Source of the DNA: Pseudomonadota bacterium
GTDB taxonomy: Bacteria; UBA10199; 2-02-FULL-44-16; DYJF01
NCBI GenBank assembly: GCA_043823065.1
Contig: JBDRBB010000009.1
Coordinates: 1 to 64,000 of the forward strand
Direction of reading: 5' to 3'
DNA: 64,000 bases
Both the position numbers and the translations under genes were made by a program. Position 1 is the stretch's first letter, and each line of letters opens with the position of its first letter. The notes under the pieces were generated by a model. It made no database searches, was not told the origin of the DNA, and worked only from the letters and a program-made list of their open reading frames with translations. Positions 40,044 through 47,742 of the stretch are shown in pieces.

Positions 40044-41882
40044 ATGCAGTCTGCAGAATTGTTCACTAAGGAAACCGAATCCATAGTATATGGTTATCAA
40101 CAAAACGCCATTCAGCGTATGTTGGATTTTGATTTTGCCTGTGGCCGGAAAAAACCTTCAGTAGCGGCAATTGTTAATCCTTCCCGCGCTGGCTGGCACA
40201 AGGTTTTTTATGGGCAAAAAGAAATTTTGCTGCCCATGTATCGCACATTAGAAGAAGCATTGGTCAAACATCCTCAAGTAGATGTGATGGTTAATTTTTC
40301 CTCCCAACGTTCTGCTTTTTCCACCACCATGGAAGCTTTAGAAACACCTAATATCAAAACTGTGGCAGTGATTGCTGAAGGTGTACCAGAACGCAAAAGC
40401 AGAATCATGGCTGCAACTGCTAAGGCCAAGGGTAAAATGATTATTGGTCCGGCAACAGTGGGTGGTATCAAAGCTGGTTGTTTTAAGATTGGCAACACCG
40501 CTGGCACCATTGAAAATATTATTGACTCCAAACTTAATCGGCCAGGGAGCGTGGGCTTTGTTTCCAAATCTGGCGGTCTTTCTAATGAATGTTACAATAT
40601 TATTGCCCGCAATACTGATGGCTTATATGAAGGCATAGCCATTGGCGGCGATGCCTATCCTGGCTCAACCTTGCTGGATCATATTTTGCGCTATGAATCT
40701 ATCCCAGAAGTAAAAATGATTGCAGCTTTAGGCGAAATCGGCGGAGTTGAAGAACTAAAAATTGTAGATGCGCTCAAGGCTGGAAAAATTAAAAAGCCTT
40801 TGGTGATCTGGGTAACTGGCACCTGTTCTAAAATGTTTCCTGCTGGCGTGCAGTTTGGCCATGCAGGCGCAAAAGCAGATTCTAGTTTGGAAACAGCAGA
40901 TGCCAAAAATAAGGCCCTGAAAGATGCAGGCGCAATAGTGCCCACATCTTTTGACGATTATGGCGAGAAGATTCATAAGACTTATGAAAAGTTAGTAAAA
41001 GAAGGAAAGATTAAACCAGCAACAGAAGCTGATGCCCCGCAATTTCCAATGGATTATGCCCAGGCAGTAAAACGCGGTTTGGTGCGCAAGCCTTCAGAAT
41101 TTATTTGCACCATTTCCAATGATAAAGGAGAAGAATTAACCTATTCAGATGTGCCTATTTCCAAAGTTGTTGCTGAAAATTACGGCATTGGCGGCGTAAT
41201 CGGTCTGCTTTGGTTTAAGCGTGAACTTCCTAAATTTGCCAGAGATTATTTGGAAACAGTGTTGGTTTTAACTGCTGACCATGGCCCGGCTGTTTCTGGC
41301 GCGCATAACGCCATTGTTTGCGCCAGAGCTGCCAAGGATATTATCTCCAGCCTGGTTTCCGGCCTGCTTACCATTGGCCCGCGTTTTGGCGGAGCAATTG
41401 ACGGCGCTGCCCAAAATTTCAAACGCGCTTTTGAAGCAGGGCTAACACCAGAAAACTTTGTCAAAGATATGAAAGTGAAAGGAATTAATATTCCAGGAAT
41501 CGGACATTTGGTGAAAAGCGTGACCAACCCGGATATGCGGGTTACGCAGCTTAAATCTTTTGTAAAAGAAAATTTTCCAAAAACAAAACTTCTGGATTAT
41601 GCCTTGCAAGTAGAAGAAATTACCACTCAGAAAAAAGGCAGCCTGATTCTTAATGTTGATGGCTGTATTGGCATTACCTTTGTGGATCTGTTATGGTCTT
41701 TGCCAGAGCTATTTAACAAAGAAGAAGTGGATGAAATCATTCATCTGGGTTGCCTGAATGCCTTGTTTGTGGTTGGTCGCTCTATTGGTATCTTTGGCCA
41801 CATCTTTGACCAAATTCGCCTTAAGCAACCATTATATCGCACGCCCTATGATGAAATTTCTTATATGACTGAGATTAAATAA
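40044..41882 (+). CDS. aclA: ATP-citrate lyase, CoA-binding/citryl-CoA lyase subunit
   Basis: QRMLDFD, IIGPATVGG, SKSGG, phospho-His FGHAGA, citrate-synthase-like ADHGPAVSG, IPGIGH, LNVDG; ATG 40044 with AGGAG RBS. Confidence 0.9.
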   Translation: MQSAELFTKETESIVYGYQQNAIQRMLDFDFACGRKKPSVAAIVNPSRAGWHKVFYGQKEILLPMYRTLEEALVKHPQVDVMVNFSSQRSAFSTTMEALETPNIKTVAVIAEGVPERKSRIMAATAKAKGKMIIGPATVGGIKAGCFKIGNTAGTIENIIDSKLNRPGSVGFVSKSGGLSNECYNIIARNTDGLYEGIAIGGDAYPGSTLLDHILRYESIPEVKMIAALGEIGGVEELKIVDALKAGKIKKPLVIWVTGTCSKMFPAGVQFGHAGAKADSSLETADAKNKALKDAGAIVPTSFDDYGEKIHKTYEKLVKEGKIKPATEADAPQFPMDYAQAVKRGLVRKPSEFICTISNDKGEELTYSDVPISKVVAENYGIGGVIGLLWFKRELPKFARDYLETVLVLTADHGPAVSGAHNAIVCARAAKDIISSLVSGLLTIGPRFGGAIDGAAQNFKRAFEAGLTPENFVKDMKVKGINIPGIGHLVKSVTNPDMRVTQLKSFVKENFPKTKLLDYALQVEEITTQKKGSLILNVDGCIGITFVDLLWSLPELFNKEEVDEIIHLGCLNALFVVGRSIGIFGHIFDQIRLKQPLYRTPYDEISYMTEIK

Positions 41883-41922
41883 AAAAATGACCAGAGACAA
41901 TAGTCTTAAAGTCATTCAATAG

Positions 41923-42594
41923 TTATTTCTTTTTCTTCAGTTCCTGCTTCTCTTCTTTCATCATTTCTTTCTGATCCTTTACAGCTGTTTTAGTGCCAGC
42001 AGCAGCGCCTGCCCAAAAACTATAATCTAGGCCGGTTTGCTTTTTGATATATTGCATAATATCGCCATTGGCCATATTTGTAGCGTGCCACAATACTTCT
42101 GAATCCAGGCCGCCACCCACAAAACCGCCTTTGGCCTTGGCTGAAGCTTGCAGCACACCGATTACTGATTTATCTTTGGCATTAATCAGTTCCACAGTCA
42201 TGGTCACTTTTGCTTTTCCGGCAAGAGGCACAAGTCTGGCTGCTGCATTACCGTTATCAAACTGATCAATATTATATTTCATAATCAAAGTAGTTGGTTT
42301 GCGGTTAGGTGCATTGTAATGAAAGGGGATAGTTGTTTTTGCTTTCTTTGTCCCCTCAATCATATTCTTGCGCAAAGTGTCTTTGGTCTTGGTTAGTAAG
42401 GTCTCAATCTTGGGCATGCGATCTTTATCTACTTTGCCAAAATCCACATTTTTACTGGTGACAGGCATGATCACAATATTTTTCACTTCCTTAAAATCAT
42501 AACTTTTATCTGGCTTTTGAATAAATTTCACTTTAGCCATTGCTGTGGTGCTAATCGCCAAACTCAATAAAGTAACCATCAAAATTTTCTTCAT
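41923..42594 (-). CDS. Secreted hypothetical protein (possibly DUF4410-like)
   Basis: Signal peptide ending AMA, GGAGG RBS, GNAAAR..AGKA motif. Confidence 0.6.
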   Translation of the reverse strand: MKKILMVTLLSLAISTTAMAKVKFIQKPDKSYDFKEVKNIVIMPVTSKNVDFGKVDKDRMPKIETLLTKTKDTLRKNMIEGTKKAKTTIPFHYNAPNRKPTTLIMKYNIDQFDNGNAAARLVPLAGKAKVTMTVELINAKDKSVIGVLQASAKAKGGFVGGGLDSEVLWHATNMANGDIMQYIKKQTGLDYSFWAGAAAGTKTAVKDQKEMMKEEKQELKKKK

Positions 42595-42678
42595 AAATCC
42601 TCCGATTTTTTATTAAAACAATAACCTCCGTGCAATCAATAATTAATTTGCCAACTTTCGAATTGGAACAGTTTTGTT

Positions 42679-43017
42679 TTAAGCTGCTTTGTAAATGACT
42701 TTTCCGGTTGCTTGAATTTCCTCCCAGAATATACTATCTGGTCCTTTATTCTTAATTTCCTCAGGAGTATATCCAATAATTTCCAAGGGAGCTGGGAGTT
42801 TCCAGGAAATTATCGAAAGAAATTCTAAACGCTCTAAATAGGTAAATCTCTTAAGATCTTTTGATATTATAACCAAATCAATGTCACTGCTTTCATTTTG
42901 CCGATTTACAGCCCATGAACCATAAAGAATAACCTGTTCAATATGTATGCCTTGCTTTTCCAATAAAGTAGATAACTTTTCTACTATTTTTTTGATATCA
43001 GATAGTTTTCTAACCAT
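42679..43017 (-). CDS. Minimal nucleotidyltransferase (MNT) antitoxin-like
   Basis: LYGSWA...SSDIDLVIIS (GS-x-DxD), 112 aa. Confidence 0.85.
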   Translation of the reverse strand: MVRKLSDIKKIVEKLSTLLEKQGIHIEQVILYGSWAVNRQNESSDIDLVIISKDLKRFTYLERLEFLSIISWKLPAPLEIIGYTPEEIKNKGPDSIFWEEIQATGKVIYKAA

Positions 43018-43379
43018 AAAAATAACTCCTTAGTGATTTCGAGAATAGTTGAAGCGTAGGCAACAGTATACACTTTATGTAATTTCTCTAAATCCTCTGG
43101 ATACTTTGATGCCAAATAATGAGGGGAAAGCTTAGCAATGTTTGCTTCAAGATTGTCAGGCAAATCAATTCCACCTTGTTCAATGAGAATTTTGAAATTA
43201 TGTGTTTTTTGGGGAATGCTATTTGTATGTTCTTGGATAATGGCCTTTAATATTTTTTCAATAGCCTGGTGGCAAAAATGAACAGCATATTGTGGCCTTT
43301 TGGCACTATCAACAATACTTTCAGCAAATTCTAAATCACCTTTTGCTAATTCGAACCATGTCAATGTCTTCTTTTTCAT
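42984..43379 (-). CDS. HEPN-domain protein
   Basis: W...A..DL..A, FCHQAIEKILKA, P.KTHN, Y..SKYP; overlaps MNT gene. Confidence 0.85.
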   Translation of the reverse strand: MKKKTLTWFELAKGDLEFAESIVDSAKRPQYAVHFCHQAIEKILKAIIQEHTNSIPQKTHNFKILIEQGGIDLPDNLEANIAKLSPHYLASKYPEDLEKLHKVYTVAYASTILEITKELFLWLENYLISKK

Positions 43380-43406
43380 TTTATACTAACTATTATATAA
43401 TATTTC

Positions 43407-43568
43407 TCATATCAAGCTATTAATTAACCTCTGAGCCTCCTGTTGTAAGGAATGAATAAACCGAAGAGCCATATTATTCAATATCTTGCTACTTTTATAA
43501 ACAATGCCAATAGAGCGTTTAGCGCCAGTTTTAATTGGCAATTCATTTATTAGTTTATAGGACAAAAT
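43407..43568 (-). pseudogene. Possible C-terminal remnant of a LysR-type regulator
   Basis: Manual translation ILSYKLINELPIKTGAKRSIGIVYKSSKILNNMALRFIHSLQQEAQRLINSLI*, bounded by an upstream in-frame stop. Confidence 0.3.
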
Positions 43569-43824
43569 TCATAATTCATATAATAGAGTCCTTTATTTAT
43601 ATTTAAGTGATAATTGTTCATTGAGCGAATTAGGATTATATATGGATTACCAATACGATTTTGGCGAATATAATGAATGTTGCAGATTTGGCGTATGAAG
43701 AAATTTTGGATTTAGCGAAATGACGCTTATTTGAGCATCTTATCCCCAATGTTGTATTATGGTTAAGGTTGATATTTGAATTAGATTATATATACAGGAA
43801 TGACAAAGACGAAGGAGTAAATTT

Positions 43825-44484
43825 ATGATTAAAGCAGTTCTTTTTGATATGGATGATGTGATTGTGCACAGCACACCGCAACATTTTGAGGCTTATGAAA
43901 AAGCATTAAAAGAGTTTGGCGTAACCAGCGTTAAAATTCCTGATGATTTGCGCGCGAAAATTTATGGCATGCGCATTAGTGAAATTATGCAACTCTTTGT
44001 AGATTATTTTCAGATGGATGTTGATTTTGAAGCCTTGCTGGCTAGACGCAATGAATATTTTATGCAGTTAGTTGCTAAAGGTGTGGAGCCTATGCCAGGT
44101 TTGGATGTTATTTTAAAAAATATAGAAAAATGGAATTTGAAAAAAGCCTTAGCAACTTCTGGTATCCAGGAATATGCCAGTGAGGTTTTGCGTCAGTTCA
44201 AATTAACTGGTTATTTTGACGCGATTGTAACTGGTGATCAAATTGCCAATCCTAAACCAGCGCCAGACACGTTTTTATTAGCTGCGAAAAAGTTGGGGAT
44301 GAAACCTAGCGAATGTGTGGTTTTAGAAGATGCCACCAATGGCATTATTGCTGCTAAAAAAGCTGGAATGCGAGCAATTGGTATAAAAAATTCTGTTATT
44401 GAAACCCATCAGGACCTATCGCAGGCAGATGTTGTGGTCCAGAATTTGGGTGAAATAAACCTGCCCATTTTAAGTGGTGATTAA
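43825..44484 (+). CDS. HAD-superfamily phosphatase (beta-PGM/CbbY-like)
   Basis: FDMDDV, ALATS, KPAPD, VLEDA..GI.AA..AGM. Confidence 0.88.
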   Translation: MIKAVLFDMDDVIVHSTPQHFEAYEKALKEFGVTSVKIPDDLRAKIYGMRISEIMQLFVDYFQMDVDFEALLARRNEYFMQLVAKGVEPMPGLDVILKNIEKWNLKKALATSGIQEYASEVLRQFKLTGYFDAIVTGDQIANPKPAPDTFLLAAKKLGMKPSECVVLEDATNGIIAAKKAGMRAIGIKNSVIETHQDLSQADVVVQNLGEINLPILSGD

Positions 44485-44698
44485 TATCACTTTTTATAAA
44501 AAAATACCCTATCATAGACAAATTGACACCACGATAAAGTCCTCATTATACGGCCTAAGAGTCGTTTATATCATTTTGACATATCATTAAGATAATTGCT
44601 GGGTCTAATTAAACCCCACACAAAAACCTAACTTTTCCAAATATTAATAACTATATGAAATAACAAGCTAAATAATCGCCTGAGTTGTGTCAGGTGTT

Positions 44699-44714
44699 TG
44701 GCACATCTGTTGCA
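44699..44714 (+). promoter_or_regulatory. Sigma-54 (-24/-12) promoter
   Basis: TGGCAC-ATCTG-TTGCA exact consensus spacing, 38 nt before ATG 44752. Confidence 0.75.
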
Positions 44715-44751
44715 CTTAACCCTATGTGTAATCCACGAGGGGGGTGCAAAA

Positions 44752-46401
44752 ATGAAAAAGGCGAGAAAATACAATAAATTAGCTTTGCTCGTAATTTTTT
44801 CAACTTCTCTTTTTGTTGGATGCGGTTCAGATAGCACAGGGACATTTAGTAGTACCAATGGCGATGATTTAGGATCTGGAAGCGGGGTAGAATTTTCTAA
44901 TGAATACAGCTCGCCTGCTGAACTTGGCAAAGGTGATTTAATGTATGTAAATTTTGGAGATTCTAATCAAACTACAGTTGATTTCACTGGAGTGGATCAA
45001 ACAGCTAAATTTTTTCTGATTGCTGGTTCAGTTAGTGAGACCAGCGGCACTTCCATGGTTTTTTCCAGTGAACTAGCTGCTTCTATGGAAAAAAGTTTGG
45101 ATGTAGTTATGTCTAACCAAGAATTAAATTATGAAGCTTCAGATATTTTTTCAGCCTGGATCAGGGCTGCAGAATTTGATCTAGCAGAAAATGGCGAAGA
45201 GATTTCGCAAAATATTGGTCTGGGTAAATCAATGGGATTAAAGGCAGTTGGCTTGGGTGATCCTCAAAATTTTAGAGTATTGGCTAGCTTAACTTCAACC
45301 AGCAGTTATGTGACAGTAACTGCCCAGGCAAAATACATTGGCAGTGAGATTATTTTATATGTAGATAATGAACTAACTGAAAATGATTTAAACCAAGAAG
45401 AAATAAATGAGCTAGGTGTTTTTTATGATGATATTGCTCAAAGAGAGCAAGCCCTATTAGGTGAAGCTTCTGATGTTGATAGTGATGGAAAATTTTCTGC
45501 TCTAATTACCCCTCAAATAAATCGCTTAGGCGAAATGGGCGGCGGTATTATCACGGGTTACTTTTTCAGCGCTGATCTTTATGTGCGCAACAGCTCCAAT
45601 CCGGTCAGCAATGAAATGGAAATTGTTTACATGCTAGCCCCTGATCCTGATGGTGAGTGGGGTTATCCTATTTCCAAGCAATTTGCATTGTCCAATTTAC
45701 TAATGCCGGTTTTCCCCCATGAATTGCAACACGCCATCAGTTATAATCAACATGTTTTTGTTAATAATGGTTCTCCTGAAGAAAGTTGGTTAAATGAAGG
45801 TATGTCTCATTTTATTGAAGATTGGGCAGGTGTGGGCTTGGAAAATCCTTCCCGTTATAGCGGATTTTTGGCCAGTCCTTCAAGTGTATCTTTGGTTAAC
45901 TCTGGTTCGCCAAACTTGTTGGAACGAGGGGCTGCCTATCTTTTCTTAAGATATTTATATGAGCAATCTGCTGACGGCGCAGCCTTTTTAGCCAGACTAG
46001 AAGATACCTATCTTGTGGGCGTAGATAATTTAGTAAATGCCTTTAATGGTCCCAGTGGTTTTTCCGAGTTTTATGAATTAATGGCGCGGTGGACTATAGC
46101 TCTGGCTTTAACCAATCAGGGTATTACTCAAGATTCCAGATATATTTATCAGGACCGAGTTTTAAATAGTGAAACTGGAAATTGGGAAGGTGTATGTTTG
46201 ATTTGCGAAGCAGATGATAATCGGGGAACGGTTTTAACAGGCGTAAATATGACCACCTACCTGGGAAGTACTTCAGCTGTTATAGCTGCTTCTGCTGCCA
46301 GGTTTTTTGATATCCAAGATCTAGATTATGTGTATCCAGAAATGCAAATTACAGGTACTGCTAGTAATGGTAATTTTGCAGTGCTAATCAGGCAAGAGTA
46401 G
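44752..46401 (+). CDS. Lipoprotein zinc metallopeptidase (M30/gluzincin-like)
   Basis: Lipobox FVGC, HELQH (HExxH), WLNEGMS; ATG 44752 with GAGGGGG RBS. Confidence 0.75.
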   Translation: MKKARKYNKLALLVIFSTSLFVGCGSDSTGTFSSTNGDDLGSGSGVEFSNEYSSPAELGKGDLMYVNFGDSNQTTVDFTGVDQTAKFFLIAGSVSETSGTSMVFSSELAASMEKSLDVVMSNQELNYEASDIFSAWIRAAEFDLAENGEEISQNIGLGKSMGLKAVGLGDPQNFRVLASLTSTSSYVTVTAQAKYIGSEIILYVDNELTENDLNQEEINELGVFYDDIAQREQALLGEASDVDSDGKFSALITPQINRLGEMGGGIITGYFFSADLYVRNSSNPVSNEMEIVYMLAPDPDGEWGYPISKQFALSNLLMPVFPHELQHAISYNQHVFVNNGSPEESWLNEGMSHFIEDWAGVGLENPSRYSGFLASPSSVSLVNSGSPNLLERGAAYLFLRYLYEQSADGAAFLARLEDTYLVGVDNLVNAFNGPSGFSEFYELMARWTIALALTNQGITQDSRYIYQDRVLNSETGNWEGVCLICEADDNRGTVLTGVNMTTYLGSTSAVIAASAARFFDIQDLDYVYPEMQITGTASNGNFAVLIRQE

Positions 46402-46448
46402 GATTTGTGACTTTACTTTTCAGGGCCCATCTCATATAAAATCCAGCT

Positions 46449-47231
46449 ATGCATCCAATATTATTCAGAATTCCCATTTTTGGAGGAGTTACTATTTACA
46501 CCTATGGTTTTATGGTGGCCTTGGCTTTTTTGGTAGCTCTTTTTTGGGTGAGTCGGGAAAGTAAACTAAAAGGCTTAAATCCAGCCCGAGCCATGGATCT
46601 TTGTTTTTATGTTATTGTTTCAGGAATTGTTGGTTCTAGGCTTTTGCATGTTTTAATAAGTGAACGCTCCAGGTTTTTGGAAAATCCTTTGATCTTTTTT
46701 AAAATTTGGGAAGGTGGTCTGGTTTTTTACGGTGGTTTGATTGCCGCTATAATCACTGCCTATTGGTATATGAAAAAACATCAACTCTATTTTTGGAGCT
46801 ATGCTGATGTTTTTACGCCAGCGATTTCTATAGGTCATGCTATTGGCAGACTGGGTTGTTTTATGGCTGGTTGTTGTTTTGGCAGACCACTTGGTTATGA
46901 TGCCTGGTTTAGTATTATATTTCCTGCTCATGAACATGGTTTTGCCCCAACAGGTATACCACTTTATCCAACTCAGCTCATGGAGGCAATTGGCGAGTTA
47001 TTTATTTTTGGTATGTTATTAGTGGTGCGCAGCAAGAAAAGATTTGAAGGCCAGTTGTTGGCGACCTATTTAATTGCTTACGCAATTTTGCGCGCCTTTG
47101 TTGAATATTTCAGGGGAGATGTGGTGCGCGGATTTGTGATTGATCCTTGGTTTTCCACTTCACAGTTTATCAGCGTAATAATGTTGATAATTGGTTTGGC
47201 GATTTATGTTAAACGCTGGAAAGAAAAATAA
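46449..47231 (+). CDS. lgt: Prolipoprotein diacylglyceryl transferase, copy 1
   Basis: YTYGFM, GSRL, WEGGLVFYGG, GRLGCF.AGCCFG, YPTQL.E, R.FVEYFRGD. Confidence 0.9.
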   Translation: MHPILFRIPIFGGVTIYTYGFMVALAFLVALFWVSRESKLKGLNPARAMDLCFYVIVSGIVGSRLLHVLISERSRFLENPLIFFKIWEGGLVFYGGLIAAIITAYWYMKKHQLYFWSYADVFTPAISIGHAIGRLGCFMAGCCFGRPLGYDAWFSIIFPAHEHGFAPTGIPLYPTQLMEAIGELFIFGMLLVVRSKKRFEGQLLATYLIAYAILRAFVEYFRGDVVRGFVIDPWFSTSQFISVIMLIIGLAIYVKRWKEK

Positions 47232-47242
47232 AGGAAATCTTT

Positions 47243-47734
47243 ATGAAGAAAATTAATCTTAGCTGTATAGTTTTTTTCAGCGCAATTGCTGCGTTTTGCG
47301 CCCAATGCGCCAAACCCATGATTAACGCCACGATTGAACCTGATATCAGATATGTTTCCGAAACTGTTAAAACAGATAAACAAGAAGCTTATGATGCCGC
47401 TAAATGGTCTTTGGTAATGAATGGCTATCCTTTAGCCACCAAAGATGAAAAACAAGGTCTTTTGGAAACTGCTTGGGTGCCCAGCAAAACAGATTCCCAT
47501 GCCTTGGTGATGTTCAATCGCCGAGATTTGGGAGTTAATGGCGCCTATTATCAGATGATTGTGCAAGTTGTGTCCAATAATGGCGAAACCCGTTTAGATG
47601 TAGGAACACGTATTAAATCTGTAGCTAGTGGAGTAAAATCAACTGGAATTGAAGAGCGCAGAATTTTGCGTGATGTTAAAGAATATTTAAGAAAAAAAGA
47701 ACCAACTGTTAGTAATGTCGGATTAGAGGAGTAA
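47243..47734 (+). CDS. Hypothetical lipoprotein/exported protein
   Basis: Hydrophobic leader with Cys (CAQC), G.LETAW motif reminiscent of BamC-like lipoproteins. Confidence 0.55.
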   Translation: MKKINLSCIVFFSAIAAFCAQCAKPMINATIEPDIRYVSETVKTDKQEAYDAAKWSLVMNGYPLATKDEKQGLLETAWVPSKTDSHALVMFNRRDLGVNGAYYQMIVQVVSNNGETRLDVGTRIKSVASGVKSTGIEERRILRDVKEYLRKKEPTVSNVGLEE

Positions 47735-47742
47735 CAGATCGT

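Noticed and set aside
38701..41882. Succinyl-CoA synthetase sucCD
   Set aside because: ACL-specific motifs (KPDQL..KRGK, NYGEYSG, GGGIANFT) and a fused citrate-synthase-like domain indicate ATP-citrate lyase
42625..42660. Possible sigma-54 promoter on the minus strand (TTGGCA...TTGCA)
   Set aside because: GG-to-GC spacing is wrong
43640..43825. Interrupted plus-strand reading frame upstream of the HAD gene
   Set aside because: Internal stop and no recognisable family; cannot support a pseudogene call
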